The position numbers and the translations under genes were made by a program. Of a stretch of DNA of 64,000 bases, positions 8,290 to 15,948 are shown piece after piece. The DNA lies in NCBI GenBank assembly GCA_042584005.1, contig JBHOTF010000009.1:950-64949 (forward strand), in the 5' to 3' direction. Below the pieces are notes generated by a model that did not search any database, had not been told where the DNA came from, and saw nothing but the letters and a program-made list of their open reading frames with translations. The stretch comes from Bacteroidota bacterium (GTDB taxonomy: Bacteria; Bacteroidota; Bacteroidia; Bacteroidales; JBHOTF01). Each line of letters starts with the position of its first letter. Within the stretch, counting starts at the first letter, position 1.

Positions 8290-10021
8290 TTATTATTGGT
8301 TTGGTATAATCACCAATTTCATCAAGCCGAACAGGCCCTCCACGGGTGACTTCAATCGGAGCAGGGCTAAGGTTAATAATTTCTCCAAGAAATTCAATTG
8401 ATTCCAATCTAGATTTGTTAAGAGTTGTTCCAAGTTTTGTAATAAAAGGGAAAAGGTCTTCGCCCACGGCAATACTCATATCTTCAACCATTTCGTCCCA
8501 GCTGAGTTTATGCTCCGGATCATTTTTCCAGCGTGTATGCTGTACCCATTTCCACCGTGGATACCAGGTAGGCCCGTATCTGTCGTCTAACTTTTGCCAC
8601 ATATACCATGTTTTGGTCCAATCTTTTCCTTTACCCCATTTTTCATTTAAAGCCTTATTCTCGTAATGAGTAGCCAAATCAAGCTGATTTCCCTGCGGGT
8701 CGTAGTCGAATACTGAATTGCAATTTCGGTTTGCCTCATCTTTTTTCTCAGGTTTGAATATTGCATTTACCTTACCCTGAAACCATCCAGCGTGTGCTTC
8801 CCCACGATTTGGTATTGGTGCGTTTCCTGCAACTATTCCATCATTATTTACAGGGCCGTGCATAGTATGGGCCAACTCATGAGCAAATATAGATAGAATG
8901 CCATATGGATCGAGGCTGATAATACCATTTTCTTTCGGTTTGTATGCATTTACTGCCCATCCTCCTCCGCCTCCTGCTGCCAGAAGAAGATACATTGGTT
9001 CGTCAGTAGGTTTTGAAGGGAGCCATTTCTGTACATATTCTTGTGCTATTGGAACATCTTCAGTAACGGTTTTTAATAGCTCAGGTTTCTGGTTTGCTGC
9101 ATAATAAAATACAATCCCGCTGAAATTTCCTTCCAGCTCGGGATAAATACCTCCTCCTCCCCACATTGGTTGTGGAAGACAAGCTTCGCCCCCTACAGGT
9201 TCTTGTGACCCGGCAAGCCAGCTAATGTTTTCATTGAGAGTTTTATTAATGTCTGCAATTTTTTCCTCTGAATCTTTTCTCCCGGTTTTTATTGAGCTGA
9301 GATCACCATTTATCATTATTCTTCCTTTTCCAAACATCCGTCTGGCTATCAATGCTAATCCGTTATCAGACTGTTTCATTATTTCCCATTCCTCAGAAAT
9401 ATCTAATACAGCAAATTTATATCCATCTTTTTCTTCAGTTTTTGTTGTGAACATACATCCGAATTCAGAACATAATGTATTGAGTGACCATTGCTTACGG
9501 ACTTTAGCAGCAGGTTTTCCCTGTATTAATAATCCACCACCATTATTCACAAAATTCAACAGGGCTTGAATTTCCTCAGTAGTATATTCCTGCGATTTCA
9601 GGCTATTTTGTTCTGTAATTATTACATTATATTCAGCATTTGGCCACCAGGCAAATGGAAATATCTTGTTAATGGTATCGTACGGAATACGTACACGGCT
9701 AAAGCCTTCGGGGTCGAGTACAGTATTTATTGTTGCATGGCTACCTGCGGTTCTGAATCCCATTTTATTTAACCTTTCCTGAAGGTTCCACAGAGTGGCA
9801 AAAGAACAATCGTGAGCCAAATCGACCAATACATTTATTCCATTATCATTCTCCAGATCCTGTGGAGGCAGGGGATAGGCCTCTGTTACTTCAACAGGCA
9901 GAGTTTTTCCGGTTTTCCAATATTCATCAATTTCATCGGTTGATAATGTTGCTACTTTGGAGCTGTTATTACAGGCTGCCAATAATACAATAAGCAAAAT
10001 AAATAGACTACGTAATTTCAT
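8279..10021 (-). CDS. Lipoprotein with a C-terminal zincin (HExxH) metalloprotease-like domain
   Basis: The ATG at 10021 gives MKLRSLFILLIVLLAACNN, which carries a lipobox. It contains FAHELAHTMHG with a downstream glutamate (NRGEAH) and a Trp-rich C-terminal region. The N-terminal half is not recognisable with confidence. Confidence 0.6.
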   Translation of the reverse strand: MKLRSLFILLIVLLAACNNSSKVATLSTDEIDEYWKTGKTLPVEVTEAYPLPPQDLENDNGINVLVDLAHDCSFATLWNLQERLNKMGFRTAGSHATINTVLDPEGFSRVRIPYDTINKIFPFAWWPNAEYNVIITEQNSLKSQEYTTEEIQALLNFVNNGGGLLIQGKPAAKVRKQWSLNTLCSEFGCMFTTKTEEKDGYKFAVLDISEEWEIMKQSDNGLALIARRMFGKGRIMINGDLSSIKTGRKDSEEKIADINKTLNENISWLAGSQEPVGGEACLPQPMWGGGGIYPELEGNFSGIVFYYAANQKPELLKTVTEDVPIAQEYVQKWLPSKPTDEPMYLLLAAGGGGGWAVNAYKPKENGIISLDPYGILSIFAHELAHTMHGPVNNDGIVAGNAPIPNRGEAHAGWFQGKVNAIFKPEKKDEANRNCNSVFDYDPQGNQLDLATHYENKALNEKWGKGKDWTKTWYMWQKLDDRYGPTWYPRWKWVQHTRWKNDPEHKLSWDEMVEDMSIAVGEDLFPFITKLGTTLNKSRLESIEFLGEIINLSPAPIEVTRGGPVRLDEIGDYTKPIIIEN

Positions 10022-10112
10022 ATTTTCTGGTTTATAATTTTGACAATAAAGATATAAAATTTTAAGGTTCATAATTCCTGATTTTTGAAATGTTAAGGGA
10101 CTCTAAATTTTA

Positions 10113-10144
10113 TTTGATTTTAAGCTTTCTAATTGATAAATTTG
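10113..10144 (+). promoter_or_regulatory. Candidate Bacteroidota sigma-A promoter (-33 TTTG / -7 TAnnTTTG)
   Basis: TTTG at 10113-10116 and TAAATTTG at 10137-10144, with a 20-nt spacer, lie upstream of the ATG at 10209. Confidence 0.3.
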
Positions 10145-10208
10145 TGCTGCTTCACAAAAAAGCTTTTTGTGTTGTAAAGTATTGAAAATCATAAAATTAA
10201 TCAAATTA

Positions 10209-10571
10209 ATGGAAATTACTGGCAAGATAATCAAGTTATTGGAGGCTCAATCGGGTACCAGCACCAAAGGTGAATGGAAAAAGCAGGAATTTATTATTGA
10301 AACAGAAGGTCAATATCCTAAAAAAATATGCATTACTAATTGGAACGGTAAAGCTGATCTCAATAATGTAAGTATTGGCACCAAGGTTAAAGTTGGTATT
10401 GATCTGGAAAGCAGAGAATACAACGAAAGATGGTATACAACAGTAAAAGTCTGGAAATTTGATATTCTTGATAATGCCGGGCCTGCAGCAGAACAAAAAC
10501 TTCCTGATAACGACGATATAAGCGATATGCTTTTTGAAGATAAAGAAGAAGAGAATGATCTTCCATTCTAG
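10209..10571 (+). CDS. DUF3127 family protein (OB-fold-like)
   Basis: The track ORF starts at a TTG (10167). The ATG at 10209 gives MEITGKIIKLLEAQSGTSTKGEWKKQEFIIET..., the typical DUF3127 N-terminus, followed by an acidic C-terminal tail. Confidence 0.75.
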   Translation: MEITGKIIKLLEAQSGTSTKGEWKKQEFIIETEGQYPKKICITNWNGKADLNNVSIGTKVKVGIDLESREYNERWYTTVKVWKFDILDNAGPAAEQKLPDNDDISDMLFEDKEEENDLPF

Positions 10572-10784
10572 CTCGATAGCTCGATAGCTCGATAGCTCAT
10601 AAGCTCATAAGCTCATAAGCATAAAGTGACGAGTGACGAGTGACGAGTGACAAGAAAAATCTAAAATCTAAAACCTTCAATCTTATATCTTAAATCAAGG
10701 TTGGGTCTGGGTTCTGTGTTCTGTGTTCTGTGTTCTGTGTTCTGTGTTCTGTGGTCTGGCTTCTGGGGTATGTGGTATATATTT
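10571..10784. repeat. Composite phase-locked tandem-repeat array (6 octamers followed by about 23 heptamers) filling a convergent intergenic spacer
   Basis: Read directly: GCTCGATA x3, GCTCATAA x3, GTGACGA x3 (+GTGACAA), CTAAAAT/CTAAAAC, CTTCAAT/CTTATAT/CTTAAAT, then TGTTCTG x5 flanked by the variants GGGTCTG, GGTTCTG, TGGTCTG and GCTTCTG. Confidence 0.9.
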
Positions 10785-12164
10785 CTATTTTCTTCTGCCT
10801 ACAAGCGAAGTAAAAATTCCGATAGTGCACAAAAATGTAAAGGTAATTATCACGGCTTTCATGCTTAACATAAATGAATCCAGATTGCCATCATGGATTT
10901 TAGCATTTCCCAAAAATAAATGTACGGAAAGGGCTGCAACAGCCATACTGAACATCATTCCGGTTGTTCGCATTGTTGAAACTGTTGCTGATGCAAGTCC
11001 TAAAAAACGCTTTTCTACCGAACTCATTACCGAATTTGTATTTGGTGATGAAAACATTCCAAAACCAAATCCTAAAACCACTAAAGCAACAATAATATAT
11101 GAATAGTGAGTTTCTTTGCTTATAAAAGAAAGCATTAAAAGCCCTGCTGCACTTATGCCCATACCGATAGATGCAAGAATTCTAGGGTCTTTTGTGTCCG
11201 ATAATTTTCCTGAGAATGATGCAACAACCGCCATAACTATAGGTTGTGCAATCAAAATTAAACCGGCCTCTTTAGGCGATAAACCTTTAACGTATTGTAA
11301 ATACAAACTAAAAACGAATGTTATGGCAAATGTTGCTGCATAATTTATAAAAGCTGATAGATTTGAATATGCAAACAACTTGTTTTTGAAAAACAACTGC
11401 ATCTCAAAAACCGGATTAGGGTGCTTTAATTCGTATTTGGTAAAAATAATCAAACCTACAACACCTGATAAAGTTAGTACTATAGCTTCTGTTTCTGGTA
11501 AATGCGAAAAACCATACATCAATCCGGAAATGGAAATCATATATATAAAAGTCCCTATAAAGTCAAATTTAGCATTGCCCGGTTCTGCCCATTCAACTTT
11601 TATTTTTGCTATTATTGCAAATATAATTAACAAGACTGCTCCTGCATTGATGAAGAACAATGAACGCCATCCCCAGGAACTTGTTAAAATTCCACCCAAA
11701 ACCGGAGCAATGGATAATCCTACGTAAACTGCCATTACATTTAATCCAATCATTTTACCTCTTTCTCGCGGTTCGAATGCAGATATTACAATAGCCATGC
11801 TTGTAGCAAATATTCCAGCAGCAGCAATTCCCTGAAATAAACGACCGATTATTAACATCTCGGAAGAAAAAGAAAAGGCACAAAATAAAGATGATAAAGC
11901 AAATAATATATTGCTTGACAAGAACATTTTTATACGTCCCCAACTGTCACTTATTTTACCAAAAGGAACTAAAAAGATAGATGTTGCCAGTAAAAAGGAC
12001 ATACTAACCCAACTTAGACCGACTGCAGACATTGAAAATTCATCCCCAATTATTGGTAAGGCTACATTTACAGCAGCTCCCATTAACGGATTAAGGAAAT
12101 TGGAAGACATTGTAACAGCCAGTAAAACATTTTTATTCAAATTTGGGTTTGATTCTATCATCAT
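10785..12164 (-). CDS. MFS transporter, 14-TMS DHA2 (EmrB/QacA-like) drug:H+ antiporter type
   Basis: 459 aa and highly hydrophobic. Contains the MFS loop motif GKISDSWGRIKM and about 14 predicted helices. Confidence 0.85.
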   Translation of the reverse strand: MMIESNPNLNKNVLLAVTMSSNFLNPLMGAAVNVALPIIGDEFSMSAVGLSWVSMSFLLATSIFLVPFGKISDSWGRIKMFLSSNILFALSSLFCAFSFSSEMLIIGRLFQGIAAAGIFATSMAIVISAFEPRERGKMIGLNVMAVYVGLSIAPVLGGILTSSWGWRSLFFINAGAVLLIIFAIIAKIKVEWAEPGNAKFDFIGTFIYMISISGLMYGFSHLPETEAIVLTLSGVVGLIIFTKYELKHPNPVFEMQLFFKNKLFAYSNLSAFINYAATFAITFVFSLYLQYVKGLSPKEAGLILIAQPIVMAVVASFSGKLSDTKDPRILASIGMGISAAGLLMLSFISKETHYSYIIVALVVLGFGFGMFSSPNTNSVMSSVEKRFLGLASATVSTMRTTGMMFSMAVAALSVHLFLGNAKIHDGNLDSFMLSMKAVIITFTFLCTIGIFTSLVGRRK

Positions 12165-12252
12165 TTTCTTTCAAATTTGTCCAAAAGTATAAATTTAGAA
12201 ATATAAATTATTAGAATATTTAATTTTGTTTTGTGTAGACATATTTCAGGAC

Positions 12253-12301
12253 GACACATCTAAAATCTTGTTACTTGTTACTTGTTACCTGTCACTTTTT
12301 T
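12253..12301. repeat. Heptad tandem repeats (CTAAAAT, CTTGTTA x3, CCTGTCA) in the divergent promoter spacer
   Basis: Read directly. Related in inverted orientation to the GTGACGA block at 10626-10654, and shares ATCTAAAATCT with 10659-10669. Confidence 0.8.
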
Positions 12302-12362
12302 ATTGCTTCCCAATCAGTATTTCACTACATTTATATGATAATACAACTAACCACTGTAGTTT

Positions 12363-13322
12363 ATGAAATGGAATAAATTCTTTTTCCTGATATTTCTAAC
12401 TGCCATAATTGCCTGTGAGGAAGATATTGATATGGGATTAAATCAGCCAATTCCTGTGATATATTGTGTAGTTAACAAACAAGATTCTGTACATCAGGTA
12501 GTTTTATCAAAATCAATTGTCACAAATGATTTTAATGAGATAAAAAAAATGGCGAAAATATTTGATTCATTATTTTATGAAGAAGCAAAAGTTTATTTTG
12601 AGTATAATTATCGTAATATAACAAGAAGAATTTATCTTGAAAAGAAACTATTTTATGATAAAGAACCTGGAGCTTTTTCCTATCCTGATCATATTGTTTA
12701 TCAATCGAAAGAAAAAATACCCAGGGTCAAACAAATAGGATTATATATTGAAATACCCGGACAAGCTCTTACTTATTCGATTGTTGAGATGAATACTAGT
12801 ATTAAAATTACTTCTCCGTATATGAGCGGAATGACAATTGCAATTGACACAATAGCATCATGGAAAATAGAATCCGAGGATTGGAATGGCTACAGAGAAG
12901 CCGATTTCGAAATAGATATTATTGAAAGAAACAGAGCGGGTAATATGGCAATAAAAAAAGTAAAATTCAATAAAGCAAGATTTTCAGGCAGCTTTGAACC
13001 AGAATATATTGAAATATCCACCGATCTACTTATTAATGAAATATGTTCAGATATAAAAAGAGACCCGAATGTTATTTGGAGGAAATTTGGTGAGATAAGA
13101 CTCGAATTTTATAAAGGAGATAAATATTATGAGCAATATATTCAGTCTTATGAATCTTTTAACGACTATATGATATCTCCAATTTATTCAAATATTACAA
13201 ATGGCCTTGGACTTTTTTCATACAGATCTTATGATAGACGAGATAAGCTTTTTATTAAATCTTATTCTATAAGAGGACTTATTGAAGATCCAAGATTAAG
13301 GAACTTGAGATTTATTAGATAA
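12363..13322 (+). CDS. Hypothetical lipoprotein (DUF4249-like)
   Basis: 319 aa with a signal peptide and lipobox (FLTAIIAC). The general layout resembles DUF4249 lipoproteins, but there is no adjacent TonB-dependent receptor. The family assignment is tentative. Confidence 0.45.
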   Translation: MKWNKFFFLIFLTAIIACEEDIDMGLNQPIPVIYCVVNKQDSVHQVVLSKSIVTNDFNEIKKMAKIFDSLFYEEAKVYFEYNYRNITRRIYLEKKLFYDKEPGAFSYPDHIVYQSKEKIPRVKQIGLYIEIPGQALTYSIVEMNTSIKITSPYMSGMTIAIDTIASWKIESEDWNGYREADFEIDIIERNRAGNMAIKKVKFNKARFSGSFEPEYIEISTDLLINEICSDIKRDPNVIWRKFGEIRLEFYKGDKYYEQYIQSYESFNDYMISPIYSNITNGLGLFSYRSYDRRDKLFIKSYSIRGLIEDPRLRNLRFIR

Positions 13323-13474
13323 TTAATTCCAAGTCATTGTTGTTCATCGTTAGCTAAAAGAGAAATAAAATGGATAGATAATTTTCGATAAATTGATATA
13401 CCAAAATATCTATACAAATAGCAAAGAAAAAATCCTGGATATAAAATCCAATAAAAACGTTGAGTTTTTAAAAA

Positions 13475-13491
13475 TGTCGGGGTGAGAGATT
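13475..13491. repeat. Partial direct duplication of the tRNA-Pro 3' end (att-like scar or tRNA minihelix mimic)
   Basis: TGTCGGGGTGAGAGATT (13475-13491) versus TGTCGGGGTGAGAAGATT (13651-13668). Thirteen nt are exact, then there is a 1-nt indel. The copies are 176 bp apart. Confidence 0.75.
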
Positions 13492-13621
13492 ACCCCTCCC
13501 TTCGGTCGGTGTGATCTTTATTAGAGTGGTCATTCAATTCAAAAGCCGGGTCCTGGCGGACCATTGTCTTTATTATTTTTAAAACTCACTCAGGCAAGCC
13601 TGGCTCGTCTAAAAATAATAA

Positions 13622-13648
13622 AGCCAGCACTTTCGTGCCGGCTTTTTT
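13622..13648 (-). terminator. Intrinsic-terminator-like hairpin next to the tRNA-Pro 3' end (possibly bidirectional)
   Basis: 9-bp stem AGCCAGCAC/GTGCCGGCT. On the minus strand the loop is GAAA and the mismatch becomes a G-U pair, with a following UUAUUAUUUUU. On the plus strand the stem is followed by TTTTTT. Confidence 0.5.
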
Positions 13649-13652
13649 ATTG

Positions 13653-13728
13653 TCGGGGTGAGAAGATTCGAACTTCCGACCCCACGCCCCCCAGACGTGT
13701 ACTCTAAACCTGGCTGAGCTACACCCCG
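13653..13728 (-). tRNA. tRNA-Pro (anticodon GGG)
   Basis: Manual cloverleaf of 76 nt: acceptor CGGGGTG/CACCCCG, D-stem GCTC/GAGT, anticodon stem CACGT/GCGTG, loop CTGGGGG (anticodon GGG with G37), T-arm GGAAG-TTCGAAT-CTTCT, discriminator A. CCA is not encoded. Confidence 0.9.
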
Positions 13729-13734
13729 TTTCAA

Positions 13735-13760
13735 GTGTGAGTGTGAGTGTGTGAGGGTGC
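13735..13760. repeat. GTGTGA-type short tandem repeat upstream of tRNA-Pro
   Basis: GTGTGA GTGTGA GTGTGTGA GGGTGC, read directly between the tRNA 5' end and the next gene. Confidence 0.6.
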
Positions 13761-13789
13761 AAAAATATTAATTATTTTTATAAAAAGCG

Positions 13790-13797
13790 TATATTTG
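13790..13797 (+). promoter_or_regulatory. Candidate -7 promoter element (TATATTTG)
   Basis: Matches TAnnTTTG, 28 nt upstream of the ATG at 13826. No clear -33 TTTG. Confidence 0.25.
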
Positions 13798-13825
13798 TTT
13801 TACCAAACCCTTAAAGAAATTTGTT

Positions 13826-15007
13826 ATGGCAAAAAGAATTGAGGATAATCAGAAAAAAACAAAAATTCCTAATTTCATAAAAGTAATTGGAAGGTTTATC
13901 TGGAAGGGCCCCAGGAAATTTTTGGTATCGGCAATTGTTGCTTTTGTAATAATAAGCCCTATAAAAAGAGTATTGCAAAATCCCGATGCATTTATTTATG
14001 TTATTGGTGACTTTAATAAAGAAATGGTAAATGATATTTATGAAAAATTTGACGATAGAACAATTTTATCAGATATTGAATGCCTGGGAGTTAATATAAA
14101 AATCAGGAATATAAATGATGGTGGTGATCCGGATCAAGTAGTTAAACTTTCAAAAAAATATGCTGATAAATATAATACCTTAATGATTATAGGGCATTTT
14201 TATAGCAGTCAGACAGCAAAAGCTTTGCCTAACTATATGGAGGCATTACCCCAAATACCCGTTATTCTTACAACAGAAACAAATCCTAATTTAATTCACA
14301 ATCATTATGACTATAAAATAAAACTTGAAGACTATGTTCCGATTTTTGGTTTATCCCCTGATGATGACAATCAGGCTGAAATAGCTGCAAATAAAGCACA
14401 TTCACTAGGATGTGAAAATTTCTGGGTGATCCAGGATATTAATAACAAAGTGTATTCAAATTATTTAACTACAGCCTTTATTAAGAAAGTACATGAAAAG
14501 CCTCAAAAACAAGTGCTTTTAAGAACAGATAATTCCTACATTCCTTCAATTGAAATATTAGAAAAGTTAGATATAAATTGTGTATATTTTGCTGGTGATT
14601 GGCTTCCCGGACTAATATTAGTGAATCAGATAAATGCTATTTATAATAAACGGGATAGACCTAAAATAATCTTAAGTGATGGTTGTGCTAATATCAAATT
14701 AATCAATCATATAATAAAAGAAGAATATGATAATGTTTTTTTAACTCATCCATTAAGTATGCAAGATTTCAAAAATCCTGCGGTGGGAAACAAATATTTT
14801 GGAGAAAAAGCTGCAATTTATGTGCGGAAAATGATAGAAAGTGCAAAAGGAAATGACGAAGTTATAAAATGGTGGGAGAAATGGATGGGAATAAACCGGG
14901 TTTCTAATGTTCGAAAAGCTGTTAAAGAGGCGATGTTTAAGAAATTTGAGGATGATGATAATAAACATAGGGGAGATGCAGTTTTTTATTGCTGGCACAT
15001 TAATTAA
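13826..15007 (+). CDS. Membrane-anchored type-1 periplasmic-binding-fold (LivK/ANF-receptor-like) protein
   Basis: 393 aa with a single N-terminal TM helix (LVSAIVAFVIISPI). The pattern LMIIGHFYSSQTAKALPNYMEALPQIPVILTTETNP followed by PDDDNQAEIAANKAHSLG resembles PBP1 ligand-binding domains. No transporter genes are adjacent. Confidence 0.5.
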   Translation: MAKRIEDNQKKTKIPNFIKVIGRFIWKGPRKFLVSAIVAFVIISPIKRVLQNPDAFIYVIGDFNKEMVNDIYEKFDDRTILSDIECLGVNIKIRNINDGGDPDQVVKLSKKYADKYNTLMIIGHFYSSQTAKALPNYMEALPQIPVILTTETNPNLIHNHYDYKIKLEDYVPIFGLSPDDDNQAEIAANKAHSLGCENFWVIQDINNKVYSNYLTTAFIKKVHEKPQKQVLLRTDNSYIPSIEILEKLDINCVYFAGDWLPGLILVNQINAIYNKRDRPKIILSDGCANIKLINHIIKEEYDNVFLTHPLSMQDFKNPAVGNKYFGEKAAIYVRKMIESAKGNDEVIKWWEKWMGINRVSNVRKAVKEAMFKKFEDDDNKHRGDAVFYCWHIN

Positions 15008-15121
15008 CTTTTGATACATAAAATTGTTATTGCACAAAATCGCCTTTTTTGATAAAAATCTAATTTATAGTTAATTGAAAAAATAAATATTTTCAAAATA
15101 CGTTATTTTTAAAATATAATG

Positions 15122-15129
15122 TATCTTTG
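15122..15129 (+). promoter_or_regulatory. Candidate -7 element (TATCTTTG) directly abutting the bamD start codon
   Basis: Matches TAnnTTTG and ends 4 nt before the ATG at 15134, which would imply a leaderless or near-leaderless mRNA. Confidence 0.25.
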
Positions 15130-15133
15130 CAAA

Positions 15134-15940
15134 ATGTTTAAAAAATCGGGCATAAAAATTCTTCTTCTATTTCTCTCAGTATTAGTGCTTAGCTCTTGCA
15201 GTGAGTATAATAAGCTATTGAAAAGCGGCGACTATGAGTTAAAACTTACTAAAGCTAAAGAGTTTTATAATATAGGTGATAAAAAGTCTTATTCAAGAGC
15301 TGAAACTTTGTTAGAAGAACTGACCCGTATTTATAGAGCTGATGAAAAAGCCGAGGAGGTTTTATATTATTATGCTAAATGCTATTATGGCCTGGAAATG
15401 TACGTAGAATCAGAATATTATTTTGGGAAATTTGCACAGACTTATCCACGCTCAAAATGGGCAGAAGAGTGTAATTTTTTATGTGGGTATTCTTCATACC
15501 TCGAATCTCCTTCAGCAAGCCTTGATCAAAGTGATAGTAAAAATACTATCGAATATATGCTGCTGTTTATTCGCAAATTTCCAAATAGTACATATGTGTT
15601 ACAATGTAACGATATCATTGATGAGATGAGAGATAAGCTGGTGGAGAAATCATATATTAGTGCCAAACTTTATTATAACATGGGTGAATTTAAAGCATCT
15701 ATCGTTGCATTAAATAGCAGTATAAATGAATATCCTGAAACGAAATATAAAGAAGAAATTCTTTTTCTGATTTTAAAATCATATCATAACCTGGCGATAA
15801 ATTCTGTAATATCAAAACAGAAGGAAAGACATCAATCAACAGTAGATCAGTATTTTGCTCTGGTTGAGGAATTTCCTGAAACAACATATCTTAAAGAAGC
15901 TCAGAAATATTATAATAACGCTTTACTTCAACTGAAATAG
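15134..15940 (+). CDS. bamD: Outer membrane protein assembly factor BamD (TPR lipoprotein)
   Basis: The ATG at 15134 gives MFKKSGIKILLLFLSVLVLSSC, which carries a lipobox. TPR-like repeats are present. The gene sits in the conserved Bacteroidota bamD-rpoZ-coaBC context. Confidence 0.8.
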   Translation: MFKKSGIKILLLFLSVLVLSSCSEYNKLLKSGDYELKLTKAKEFYNIGDKKSYSRAETLLEELTRIYRADEKAEEVLYYYAKCYYGLEMYVESEYYFGKFAQTYPRSKWAEECNFLCGYSSYLESPSASLDQSDSKNTIEYMLLFIRKFPNSTYVLQCNDIIDEMRDKLVEKSYISAKLYYNMGEFKASIVALNSSINEYPETKYKEEILFLILKSYHNLAINSVISKQKERHQSTVDQYFALVEEFPETTYLKEAQKYYNNALLQLK

Positions 15941-15948
15941 ATAACAAA

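Noticed and set aside
10571-10784. Possible CRISPR array, because of the many short direct repeats
   Set aside because: The units are only 7-8 nt and directly abut each other with no spacers. No cas genes are in the window. This is a tandem-repeat mosaic, not a CRISPR array.
10723-11106. 127-aa plus-strand ORF beginning in the TGTTCTG repeat
   Set aside because: The N-terminus is simply the translated heptad array (MFCVLCSVFCG...). The rest is antisense to the well-supported MFS transporter gene.
13475-13728. tRNA-associated genomic island or prophage
   Set aside because: The duplicated tRNA 3' end encloses only about 160 bp. No integrase, excisionase, phage or conjugation gene lies on either side. 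At most this is a scar, and it is reported as a finding rather than as a mobile element.
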